Shown here in pieces: positions 25,265 to 36,900 of a stretch of 52,306 bases of DNA; within the stretch, counting starts at the first letter, position 1, and the number at the start of each line of letters is the position of its first letter. The notes under the pieces are model-generated. The model was not told the DNA's origin. It saw nothing but the letters and a program-made list of their open reading frames with translations, and ran no database searches. A program made the position numbers and the translations under genes. The stretch lies in contig NW_025215170.1 in NCBI RefSeq assembly GCF_004010195.1, positions 15,882-68,187 of the forward strand, in the 5' to 3' direction. The DNA is from Chiloscyllium plagiosum. Taxonomy: Eukaryota.

Positions 25265-26650
25265 TCAATCATTCAGGGGGAACTTCTGCATGTGGCTGAA
25301 CACAAGATCAGCGGAGGCTGACTCCAGTCTCCAAGTTTCTGCATGTCTGTTGTTTCTGTTTGACGATGCCACATTCCTGTGAGCTGTGTCTAACGTGACC
25401 TCATTTTCCTTCAAACAAGAAATCCCCGAACTCTGGTGGACAGGGCCTTCAGCTATGACTGTCCCATCTCCCACGGTGTTGCCCACAATACGTCCCCTCC
25501 ATCCCAGAACAATGATAGATTCCTCCTTGTCCACATTTCCTCCTGCACGAGAATCCACATTCACATATTCATCTTACGCCATTTCCACCATCTCCAGCTG
25601 GACAGCATCATCAAACACATCTTCCCCTCCCGCCCACTGTCAGTATTTCACAGTGACCATTCACTCTGTAGCACCGTCCATCACCCCAAACGTTTCCCCA
25701 CTCCCCTATCGCCCCATCCCATGCAATTACAGAAGCTGCAACACTTGTCCATTCACCTCTTCCCTCCTCACTGTGCAAGGCCCCAAACATCGCTTCCAGG
25801 TGAAGTAGCATTTCACTTGTAAACTTTCAATCTGATCTCCTGTCATTGCTGCTCATAATGCAGTCTCTTTATCTTGGCGAGACCAAATAGAGATTGCTTT
25901 GAAGAACACACACACTCTGTCTGTAGAAATAACCCTAACCTTCTCATTGCTTCCCATTTCAATAACTTACCTTGCTCTCATGCGAACAGTTGGGCCCTGG
26001 GCTGCTGCAATGTTCCAAGGCAGCACAACCCAAGCTCGAGTAACAACTCACTTTACACTTTCGTACATTACAGCCTTTAGGAGTTAATGTACAATTTCAT
26101 AATTTCACAGTCTGACCACATTAGACTCCAATTTCCGTACAATCTCCCTCCTGGCCTCCCCATGACCTTGTGTGGTTGTATCTTCTTTATCTTTCACTCA
26201 ATAGAGAAAACCCCTTTTCCCCATTCACATCTTAATGTAAAGCTATTCTCATGATCTTCTCGTTCACCACTACTAAAAGCATGTTTATCTTTTGCCACAC
26301 CCTCTTTTACCCGTCAACCCACTCCCCAAATCTGTCAAGGGATTATAAAGCTCATTTTCCAATCCTTTTCAGTTCTGATGAAGTGTCATACTGGACTTGA
26401 AAGGTTATCTCTGTTTCTCTGTCTCTGCAGATGATGCCAGACCTATTGAGTTTCTCTAGAAATGAATATGCTCACAACAAGTTTTCAATTAAACACATAA
26501 CTATGGATACTGGAAATGAAAACTCAAAAATTGCTGGAGAAAATGGGAGCTTTGTAGAAGGGTCACTTGTCCTGAAAGATTAACTCTGCTTTCACTCCAC
26601 AAGATGCTGCCAGACCTGCTGTGTTTCGTCAGCAATTCCTGTTTTTGAAC
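25265..26650 (+). mobile_element. Penelope-like element remnant, uninterrupted copy B (GIY-YIG region + 3' terminal repeats)
   Basis: FILRHFHHLQLDSIIKHIFPSRPLSVFHSDHSL, PCNYRSCNTCPFTSSLLTVQGPKHRFQVK and ctttatcttggcgagaccaaa (YLGETK); hammerhead-type CTGATGA..GAAA at 26375-26402. Confidence 0.82.
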
Positions 26651-27709
26651 AAGTTCCATAGACGTGTGTTAAAGCTGCTCAAACGCTCTGTCTCACACGG
26701 AATGCACAGGGATGTGACCGATAATGCAAGGTGCCCAAATTCCTTGATCTGAAACTGCATAAGGCTGGCATCACTGACACTGCAGAGCTGTTAATCTTGC
26801 TCAGGGAGAGAAACAGAGGGGAACACATTCACATCAAACACAGAAGATGGCATTGTGGGATTGTAAAAGATTCAGATGCATATGTTAAGAGGTTTGAATT
26901 AAGTAAGACATTGGAGGCGTGACACCAGGGAGAGGCCCTCAGCAGAATGAGAATAGGAAAATGGAAGTGTTACCACATCAGAAACCAGGTTAAGACACTG
27001 AGTACAGGGCTGATGGGTGAATGGGTCTTGATGTGAACTGGGAGATAGTCAGTAGAATTGAATTGAATATATTGGAGCTCAAAGTGGGCATTAAACACAC
27101 TGAGCATCCTCTATTCTAGTTCATGGTGAAAATCTCTACAATTCGGTTTTCCCCACACAGTGTTCATATCCTTTAGTATGTTTAAACATCGGAACATATA
27201 AAATAGGAATATGTATTCGCTTTGGTCCATCAATTTTGATCCTCCATTCAATATACAGGCAGTTATCCAATAAGGTGTGTTTATTAAACGCAATTTCGCT
27301 GCAACTCAATTATGAACTTTCTTTATAAAGCGAGCTCCCGTTTACTGTTATGGGAGTCCGTCTCTGGCACCAGCTGAACAGCAAATCCCATCCTCAGGAT
27401 CCCTCTGTCTGCCAAATGCAACCTCAGTGTGTTCAGCTAAAGCAGGAATGTAATCCGCTCTGCAAGCCTTGAAACTGAGCCTGAATGTGGGATCTGTAGT
27501 CTACATTTAGAAGGACATTAATTTCAAACCTGGAAAGGGAATATCTTGGACAGAACTGGAATTCCGCATCGGCATCACGTGGTCAATCAGCTTGTGTGCT
27601 TTCTGGTGAAGATCTTGGTGACTGTAGTGTTCAAGTGTGACATTTGCTGTACTAATTCATTATAATATACGGTTTAAAGATTTATGTAGCCTGTGCGACT
27701 GTTTTGCAG

Positions 27710-27820
27710 GCACAGGGAGAATGTACAAACTCCACACAAACAGTGACCAGAGACTGAAATTGAACCCAGATCTCTGGTACTGGGAGGCAGCAGTGCTAAC
27801 CACTGAGCTACCCACTGTGC
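27710..27820 (-). mobile_element. HE1-type SINE 5' fragment
   Basis: Reverse complement GTAGCTCAGTGGTTAGCACTGCTGCCTCCCAG..GGGTTCAATTTCAG..TGTGTGGAGTTTGTACATTCTCCC. Confidence 0.75.
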
Positions 27821-27862
27821 GAAACGCAACCTGCCTGCACAATTCAACACTTGAAATGTGGC

Positions 27863-28085
27863 AAAACAGCAGGGAGATTCCAGAAGTCCCCAAACTTGTC
27901 ATTGAGCAACAGGAGGTGGACATTGAGATCGTGAGGCGGCTTGGTCAGGAACAGGTGCAGGACATGCAAAACATCGAACCTATAGTGTAGGAACATCAGG
28001 AGGACATTCAATCCATCGTGTCTGTAAAGCAGGAACAGAATGAGTCCATTCAGCCACCCATGCCTCTTACACAGCAATTGGAGCC
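27863..28085 (+). repeat. Degenerate ~42-bp tandem array
   Basis: Units (g/c)aacagg..g..gacatt.. at ~42-bp spacing; last unit gaatgagtccattcag shared with 42394. Confidence 0.65.
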
Positions 28086-28199
28086 GATCTTTTACAGCCG
28101 ATATTTCACAGGAATTGAAACGGACTGTCGAGGTTATGGAAAGGGAAGAACGTAGCATAACCAACTTCACTAGGGAATGGAAAGGTATGAGCAAAGGAT

Positions 28200-28530
28200 T
28201 GGGACCGAAGACAAATTGTTCGAATCTGTAATTAAGGAATTAACAACAGGAGACTTTGAAAGTCAAACCCCAATCCGTCAAAGTCGATATGATTTTATTA
28301 ACGATAAATCATGCTTGAATGATTTTCCTAACTCTCTTTTTATTAAAAAGTGTGACAAACAAGTTCAATAAGGGGGATCTGAAAGATGTATTATATCTGG
28401 ACTTCAAGAAGGCAATGCATAATATGCTTGACAAAAGATTAATATGCAAGACAAGAGTACATGGGGTTAGGACAATTTATTTGCTTAGAGAGAAAATTGG
28501 CTCACCAATAAAAACAATGATATGGAGGTG
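28200..28530 (+). mobile_element. Old CR1 RT fragment
   Basis: SRYDFINDKSCLNDF and DVLYLDFKKA motifs. Confidence 0.65.
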
Positions 28531-29280
28531 CTAACTTTGGACTGGCTTGAATAATGTCAATAATCACATGGCACCAGGTTGTAGTCTGATGGGTTTATTT
28601 GAAAACACAAGCTTTCATTGTCCTGCTCCTTCGCCAGGTGTTAGAAAGAGAAGTCCTTAGGCAAAAAAACCTATAAGGAAAAGATGAAAGGGTTGTACAA
28701 CGCATGCACATGAAATGAATACATCTAAGATGGCTGCTAAATCTTAAATCGGTTATAATGGAGATGCAGGTTTTGATTGATGAATATGCAAATCAAAAGT
28801 TCCTTTCAACTCCTGCCTGGAGATACCTTCAGGTATTATTGATGTAAAGGAGGTGACCCCTCCAGTCAGATAACATATTTTAGGCATGCGGTCTTGTTTG
28901 GAGTCTGTATGTGTCTTCACCTGGAATCAGTTTGGTTTATTTCCAAAGTACGAGTTTATAAAATATCGCATTGACTGACTGTCTACAAATTGCTTATTCT
29001 TTTGAGAAAATATGATGCATCTGGAAATACAAACCGGCAAATAAAAATGCATCTTACAGATTAGGTGTGTGTGTGTGTGTATTTGAAAACAATTTGGAGT
29101 GTCTGTGGGAGGGAGAGAGAGTGCGTGTGTTTGTGAGAGAGTGAGGGGGAGTATGTGTGTCTTTAGGAGGGAGAGAGAGGGTATACGGGAGTGTGAGAGA
29201 GGGGGAGTGTGTTCGTGTGCGGGGAGGAGAGGGTGAATTTGCATGGGTGTATTTAAAGGGGAAAGGGAAAGGATGTGTGT
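28530..29280 (-). mobile_element. Penelope-like terminal fragment followed by GA/GT-rich low-complexity tract
   Basis: caccaggttgtagtc..gtttatttgaaaacacaagctttc..ctccttcgccaggtg is homologous to 5188-5258; the hammerhead core is mutated. Confidence 0.55.
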
Positions 29281-29329
29281 CTCCTCGTTAAAACATTGGC
29301 AGATTTGGCAGATCTCTTTCCCCACACAC

Positions 29330-30240
29330 ACTCTGTGGTTTCAGGGCATCCCTTCTCTGCAGCTACTGCTCCATTTGTTGTTCATGTTACAGACCCAGAT
29401 GCTGTAACTACAGTTCCCATGTTCCATCCAGATTTGGTTCACCAAATCCTCAGGTCTCCCTGAATGTCTGAGGCAGCTCACAGCACAACCTCCAGCAAAC
29501 CATCCCCATCACCTCCACTAACCTTTCCATAACAGGAGACAGTCGGAAGCCCCTCAGCTCCAAGTTAGAGACCTGTTCCTTGACAATAATTCTCGAGGGG
29601 TTTTCTCATTTTATGGACTGCACAATCATGAGAGGTACAAACACAAGCTTTCAGTGGTCAGGCACAGACCAAGTTTCAAAGACGTGTCTCAAAGCTGCTG
29701 GGACCCCCTTTCCAACTTGGAGCAACAGCCTGCCACATACCATTGCATTGTTTCTGAGCTTCACAATGCCAGCACTCGAAACACTCGGGAGCCAAAAAAA
29801 CAACACCAGGGAAAGGTACAGAATTACAAATAATTAATTAACTGATAACATGTTGTGAAAATATGGATAAGGATACAGGGGAGTGGGAGTACCTGGAGAA
29901 GTGAGACAATGGTGCGTCCAATCACATAAATGAGATAATTCAATAAAATTATTGCCAGATCAGCTGAAATGGTTAGTTATGTCGAATTGTGAATCTGCCT
30001 CACAGAACCATCCCAGACACAATAAACTGGGACAAGGGACCAGCCAGAATGGAGAGCATTCTCGTGGACTACTCTATAAAGTTGACTACCTGCCCAGCAT
30101 GGGGACCTCTGCAAACCTTTGCCAGTATATTGCTACTATACTTGCACTACAGAAATTTCCTGTACGGGAAGATTTGTAACCCACGCAATGAGTGACAGTA
30201 AATGGGCTCCCACAAATGTATGGCTCTGTATCTCCACTGC
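29330..30240. repeat. Locus-specific module copy (homologous to 44620-44990 plus 46100-47090 flanks)
   Basis: gctccatttgttgttcat.ttacagac.cagatg.tgtaac, caccaaatcctcaggtctccctgaatgtct, cattgtttctga.cttcacaatgcc. Confidence 0.85.
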
Positions 30241-30261
30241 CGAAATATAAGCCAAGAGATC

Positions 30262-30300
30262 GTGTGTGTGTGTGTGTGTGCGCGCGCGCGTGTGTGTGTG
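30262..30300. repeat. (GT)n(GC)n(GT)n alternating purine-pyrimidine tract
   Basis: Directly visible. Confidence 0.95.
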
Positions 30301-31028
30301 TTGGTGGCAATAGATATGAAAAGTATTATTTGCGAGAGAATAGACATAGAGGAAATCTGTTCAAATGTGAACAACTGACAGGGCTTTCTGGCACTAACAG
30401 AGGGGGACTGAGGACCGTGTCATAGACAGAGGTGATGATGTGCTTGTGAATATTAAAGTAAAGGCATTGCCAGACCCAACAACAATATAAAGCAATCCGT
30501 ACAGGAATGATGGGATTTTGGTCTCCGTTGAGGTACAAGCTATGGAATACCGACTCAGATTTGGTTAAGCAGCAGCAGATTATTAGCTTTATTAAGACTG
30601 TGTTTCATAGCTGAAGGTTCAAACAGCAGATGGGATGAACCGGTGAAGTATAATCTTCAGTTGTCAACAGTTAAAATTAGGAATGACCAGGATATTGTGT
30701 CAGTAATCAGCTTGTGGCCAAAGGGATCACCGTAGTTGTGACTCGTCTGTTTCAGCCTCAGTTATTGGCCAGGGATGAGATGGAATCAGTGGAAGGAAAT
30801 GAAGTTTGCATCCAGAATAGAAGACAGTGACCTCCAAGATTTCAATATTTAAATAGCAAAGGCAGTGATGCAATGAATCCTGGTTCATACCTGAAAGTGA
30901 GTAGGTCAACCAACAAGGCCCAGTGCAGAACTAAAGAGCGTGAATACTTACAGAGTAGAGTAAATGAAAAGAACAGTAATACAGTCGCACATGGTTAATG
31001 CAAATAATAAATTGACAGTGAAACTTAC

Positions 31029-31203
31029 CAGGGACACCAGCAATAGCCAGAATAGGATAATAAAAATATTGAATAATGTAAAGTGCATATTTGATCCACG
31101 ATGATAACGGCCAAGAATATGTAGAAAGAATCCAAACATAATAGGATAAACTCCTGTCCATTGTTGGAACATTCCAGTCTGTTGTTCTCAGATTCTTAAC
31201 CAT
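31029..31203 (-). CDS. First coding exon of a GPR139/GPR142-like class A GPCR, copy B
   Basis: First in-frame ATG is at 31203 (the ORF-track start at 31245 is GTG). MVKNLRTTDWNVPTMDRSLSYYVWILSTYSWPLSSWIKYALYIIQYFYYPILAIAGVP then CCTG|GTAAGT donor (175 nt, phase 1), same boundary as copy A. Confidence 0.8.
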
Positions 31204-31284
31204 TGTTGGAACATTCCAGTATAACGTTCTCAGATTCTGATCCACTGTTGGAACTTTCCAGTCTAATGTTCTTAGTTTCTGATC
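31159..31284 (-). repeat. Three 42-nt tandem units spanning 5'UTR and GPCR N-terminus
   Basis: gatcagaaactaagaacattagactggaaagttccaacagtg / gatcagaatctgagaacgttatactggaatgttccaacaatg / gttaagaatctgagaacaacagactggaatgttccaacaatg. Confidence 0.9.
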
Positions 31285-31299
31285 TCTCCCTCTCTCTGG

Positions 31300-31480
31300 A
31301 GCATCCGATCCCTGTGAGAGCTATCGGTGATTCTCCCGCCCATACTATGGGATAACATATTGAATGGTGCCCTTTTATCATTAAAAGATGGAAACCCTCT
31401 ACTGGGATAATTAGAATCCATGGAGACTGACATTAGTCACAGTCACCAAACAGACAGGTTCAGTTAACCAGTTCCTTACA
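31300..31480 (-). promoter_or_regulatory. Putative promoter/5'UTR of GPCR exon copy B
   Basis: Conserved with 10600-10780. Confidence 0.55.
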
Positions 31481-31820
31481 TCATTTTACATAACACAATG
31501 AACGGGAACATTTACTCGGTTTGGATGGAATGGATGAGGGTTGCAGAGGGATAGACCATAAATCTTTCAATCTTCTTAATCTGTCTTCCCTATATATGGG
31601 AGTATTGTCAGAACACTGCACTGTTGTATATGTTTCACCCTGTTTAAAAAAGGAGACAAGAATAAAATAACAGACGAGCTGCATAAAATGTTTGATGGAG
31701 ACGTTTCTAGATACCTTTGTGTAATGCTGCTTCAAGTTTGAAATTCCCTGTTATCAAGTCCTTTCTTAACCTGGTGAAATCATTCAGAGCATTGAAACTG
31801 CTGCTCAGGAACAGGGAGAA

Positions 31821-31946
31821 ACAGGAGGCAGTCACTCAACTGCTCGAGACTGGGACACAGGGACAGGAGACAGTCTTTCAACTGTTCGAGACTGGGACAC
31901 AGGAACAGGAGGCAGTCACTCAACTGCTCGATACTGGGATACAGGG
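31821..31946 (+). repeat. Three 42-bp tandem repeats
   Basis: acaggaggcagtcactcaactgctcgagactgggacacaggg units start at 31821, 31863 and 31905. Confidence 0.9.
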
Positions 31947-32159
31947 AAATCTGGAAGCTAATGAGGCCCCAAATTTCTGTTCCCCAGGAACAGGAAGAGG
32001 TGACTCACTACCCACCAGTCTGGGACACTGAGAGAAAAGGGAAATTGGCTTGTTACTAATAGAAATATCTGAATAAGTTGCATGAGTGAGCCATTCAATC
32101 CTGCTCCAACATTCTTCAAAACCATGGCTGATCTGATTGTGATTCCCTCATTCCATTTT

Positions 32160-32560
32160 ACAGAGATTCCCCTCTCTGCAGCCTCTGCTCCATTTGTTGG
32201 TCATGTTGCAGATCCAGATGCTGTAACTACAGTCACCATGTTTCATCCAGCGTTGGGTCACCAAAGCCTCTGGTCTTCCTGTATTTCCACAGCAGCCTAA
32301 GGCACAGCCTCCAGGAAACCAGCCACAGCATTTCCACGAATGTACAAAAACTAGAGTTAAGTCAAATGCCAGTCAAATGCAAGTGAGAAGCCTGGTCTAA
32401 ATCATTAACAATTGTGGGGATTCCTCATGTTACTGAGCACATGAGCAGCAGAGAATGATTAACACAGACGTTCAATGGATAGGCACAGAGCAAGTAACAA
32501 AGATGTGCCTCAAAACTGCTTAAACACCACTCTCCAACATGGAGCAAAGGGCAGGACACT
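32160..32560. repeat. Locus-specific module copy
   Basis: ctctctgcagcctctgctccatttgttggtcatgttgcagatccagatgctgtaactacagtc.. matches 29354 and 44634. Confidence 0.85.
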
Positions 32561-32759
32561 GGGACACACACAGAGACAACACATGCACACAGACACATTA
32601 GCGTCCTAAGGATATAACTAGATAAGTTATGCTTAAAGATGGGATCAAGGCTTGTTGTGAGAAGGCAGGAGAATTGACTTGAAAAGCGTGTCATCCATGA
32701 TCAATAGCTCATTAGACTGCATGGGCAAAATGGCCTATTATTCTGCTCTAATGTTTTAC

Positions 32760-35200
32760 AGTCTATGGTACATGCATTTGTCTGTGTTTGTGCGTATACT
32801 GGTATGTGCATGTGTCCGTGTTTTTGTGTGTTTGAGTGTGTCTGTGAGTACATGTCTGTGTGTGTGTTTGGGTGTGTCTGAGTGTGCTTGTCTGTGTATG
32901 TATCTGCGTGTGTGTTTGTGTATGTTTGTGCTTCTCAATATTTTTAGAAATGGAAATATCAATGTACATTTTTGTAATTTCTATTACATTCACCATTGCA
33001 TCATAGTTGATGAACTTTGTTTTCGTCATGAATTTATTTGAACAAATGAAGGAAATCAACCTGACCATTTCCGAGGATGACCCTGACCCAATGTGAGACC
33101 TATATCATTGGCCATATCATCAACCTGGTTACACCGATAATTTGCTGTGACCAATGGAGGAATGGCAGTAGAAAAGACAACATTTACCCAACAACCCAAG
33201 GAACTCTGAACCAGTGAGCCTGACATCAGTGGTGGGTGAGATGTTTGAGGGGATTCTGAGGGATAGCCAATTGCATGCATTTTCAAAGGCAAGGGCTGAT
33301 TGGGGATAGTCACCATGGCTTTTTGCATGAGAAATCGTGTCATACTAATTTGACTGAGTTTGTTAAAGAGATGACAAAGCAGATTGATGAAGGCAGTGTT
33401 GTAGATGTTTTCCTTTTATACTGGAACAAGTTGTTTGACAAGTTTCTGCATATTGGGCAAGTTAGTAAGGTTAGGTCACATGGGAACCAGCACACCCAAG
33501 CCAATTGAATACAAAATTAGATTGAAGGGAGAAACAGACGTTGGTAGAGGATTGCTTTTTAGACTGGAGGCCTGTTTTAAGGGACGAGGGGGAATATTTT
33601 AGAGAAACGTAGACGCAACGTTTTCATTCAGAGGGAGGTGTCCATATGGAATTATCTCCCAGAGGAAGTGGTGGAGTCAGGCATCTTGACGGGTATCTGA
33701 ATAAGGAGGTTGAGATGAATATGAGCCAAATACTCTCAAATCAGACTCGATCATAATGGGATATCTGGTCAGCACTTACACATTTGCATGCTTTATGACT
33801 CTATAAGAGGGATGAGCAGAAATTCTAAATAGGCATTTCAATTGGGAATTCTCTTCCCCACAAGTTTGAGATGTCTCTTTGTTTATATTTATTCAACGCT
33901 GAGTTAGTGAAGTATTGGACAGAGAAGTGATTCTTGCAAAATGGCACACAGGCAGGAAAATGGAGCTGAGACCACAACCTGATCAGCCACAATCTTAGTC
34001 CCTGGTAGAGAAGGCTCAAAGTGTCTAATGACCCACTCCTGCTCCTCAGTCCCATGTTTCTGTCTTCCATTCAGCCCATCAAACCTGCCACACAGGAGCA
34101 ATTAGAGGCTGCTTACTCTTATCACAGAAACAGAGAAGACCATTCGGCCCCTCAAAACTGTCAAACCCAGTTTGGGCTGGTTTGGAAAGTGTAATTGGAA
34201 AACCCGGGATACGATGTGAAAGAGGCTCTGCATCACTCCTAACTGAGCTTCCCCTTTCTGCAACCTTTGTTTCGTTTGTTAGTCAAGTTGTAGATCCAGT
34301 TTCACTTTGAATACAACCCCCATTCTTCACCCAGAAATGGTCCAGACAATCTGGTAATATTCAATAACAGAGCTTCCAGGAAAATAACAGCCTCTACCTT
34401 CCAATAATAGAATGTGAGAACGCCACAAACAGAGGCATGTCATTCATCCACTACCCCCCTCCCCGCAAGCATGGCAGGTCTTCACCCACAATAAGATCAG
34501 AAGGTCTAATATCGTCTTTCATGTCCAATTCTTCACAACCCTCAACTCTGACTGATCAAAAAGCACTCCCTGCCCCCACACTGTGACCTTTTGATATGAG
34601 CAAAATATGTGAATACAAGGGTTCAGGGAAGAGTGACCGGCCCTGATATCAAGGCATCATTTAACTAAGGACGGTCTCAAGGAGCCTGAGCAGGATTGCA
34701 CTTAATGGAAATGAGTTGTAAACTTCCCTAGTTCGAGTGATTTAAAGCATAACGCACAATGACTGTGGTTTGTATACAAAAATCCATGTAGTCTTGGACA
34801 TATCTGCAAAAGATTCTCAGGGTAGTTCCTCAGAACAAACATCTTCAGCTGCTTCACAACTGTCTTGCCCACATCATAAGATTAGAATTGTGGGTCTTCA
34901 CTGAAGATCACACAATGTTCATGAAAAATGTTCCCCTTCAGCTCCTGAACTCGTCTGTGTCCATGTGCAGCAAGACCAGAACAACATTCAGGCTTGTGCT
35001 GTTGGAAGTATCAGTGACATTAATGCAACAGTGCTGCTGGACACTGCACATTTCCACAGTTAAAAGGAGGAGAGTATTCAGCGCCTCACGCTAGTTTCAC
35101 AGGAATATGATGAAGTTATTCAGCTCTATGAAATTATTGGAGAAGAGTAGAGATAGCCGATTTAGTGCCTCCAACAAATTATTCAGGAAGGGAAGGAGTC
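32760..35200 (+). repeat. Segmental duplicate of ~2560-6680 (GT tract, unique linker, CR1 insert at ~33190-33805, old CR1 tail, module, RT fragment, 42-bp array)
   Basis: Shared anchors in the same order: aaatatcaatgtacat, tatatcatt.gccatatca, gctgagaccacaa.ctgatcag, ctcctcagtcccatgtttctgt, cttccaggaaaataa, acatttccacagt.aaaaggaggag. Confidence 0.85.
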
Positions 35201-35659
35201 ACGTGTTTCGGACCACACCAGAGCCCCTCAAAAATATTTGAAGGCGGTGGTCTAGACTCTAATGTTTTCTTATTTTAAAGGAAATGTAAACATCTGTTCC
35301 AGATGTTATGTGACTAGTCAAACTACAAGACATTAAGAAAAACACAATTCATTTAAACACTGCAGTTAAAATACAGGCAAACAGGAATTCAGAAAAAAAT
35401 AAGTCTTTTGGAAATCTTATCACAATGATAGATAGAGCAACCATCATTAATTAAAAGTTCTGATACAGTAATATCCCACAATCACATACTTGGCAAAAGG
35501 GGAAGTTCAGACATAGATTCTCAGATGCAGTTCTCCAATCAAGGACAGAAAACATCAAGTGAAAATTCACAGAGAGTTGCAGCCAGGAGACTTCCACTGA
35601 AGCTTCCAACTCTGTTGAGACCCCAATAGCTTCTGGTGTTACTGAGAAACCAAAACCCT

Positions 35660-36560
35660 TCCTGTAAAGTGCACACAGTATTCTATCTATGGCCTAACCA
35701 ATGGCATGTTTAGCTCATATTATTTCGCCTCGATGAATAAACTCTCTGCCTACAGCCACGTGTGCTTTCTTAACTAGCTATTACACCGTCCAGTCACATT
35801 CAGGGATATGTGGAGAAACACTCTCTGAGCTACCTAGTGTGCTGCCATTCATTGAGTACTCCCCTATGTAGTTCCTTCTTCCACACTGCATCACCTCATA
35901 TTTATCAGGTTTGCATTCCATCTGCCATTGATCTGCCCATCTGACCATTCCATTTGTATCTTCCTGTAAAATAAAGCCTTCTTCCTCACTGCCAACCACC
36001 TGGCAAACCTTTGTATCAAACACAAAATTACTTACTACACTCGCCAACCCCCACCCCCCACACTCCCCTCCACATCATTTATGAATGCCACAAATAAGAT
36101 ACACTACACTGCTCGCTGTGGTTCACCACAAGACACTGGTCTATCTCCACCACCTTTCACGTAACATGGGAACACATAGCTGTTCTCTAGTCCTCTGGCA
36201 TCTCCTTTGTAGTCAGATATGACTTAAACATTTAGGTCAGATAATTTCTTCTAACTCATCTGGACTTTACATCATTCAAAACCATCAATCCCAACTTGCA
36301 TCTTATATCAATCTGTTCGAGAGCTTCACAATACATCTTCTTAAATTCTGTACCTGCCTCATCCTTCTCCCACATAAAACAGATGTGAAGCTCTCGTGTC
36401 ACAATCTATCAATGTTCATCAGCTTCACACAGCTTGGTTTCGAAATGGGTCCTAATTTTTCCTTGGTTATTCTGTTCTGATTGATGTTTTTGTAGAATAT
36501 CTTGGGATTCCCCCTAATCTTGCCTGCTGCACTTCTCCATGCCGCTGTATTAGTCAGTCT
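35660..36560 (-). mobile_element. Old CR1 LINE fragments
   Basis: ORF-track peptides NFVFDTKV..RWADQWQMECKPDKYEVMQCGR and AGKIRGNPKIFYKNI. Confidence 0.75.
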
Positions 36561-36900
36561 GCTGTGCGTGAATCTTCTAAGATCCCCTGAGATCACCTCT
36601 CATTCTTTGAAACAGTACAGAACACAGGTATAATCTCATCCGCACTGTATGCAGCCTGTGCAGAACGCTTTTACATCGATATTCCAATTTCCGTTAACTG
36701 AAGGCCAACTTCACTTTTACCTTTCCATGCCCAAATGTCCCTCCTGAACAGCGTTGGTTTAATTTTATTTAATATCCATGTTCTGAACTCTTAAACATCC
36801 ACATGAACATCCAACTATATTACATCCAATGTTCTCCATTGTCTCTATCTACAAGAAACATCTTCAAACCATTTCAAAAAAGTTTGTTTACAGTGATTAT

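Noticed and set aside
31204..31245. ORF-track start at 31245 for GPCR copy B
   Set aside because: The codon is GTG; the first in-frame ATG is at 31203. The read-through tails of both ORFs beyond GVPG are intron.
34662..34686. Resemblance to a large-subunit rRNA/homing-endonuclease target (TAACTA..ACGGTC..AAGG.AGC)
   Set aside because: Lies in a decayed RT fragment (DIKA.F....QG motif region); no rRNA context.
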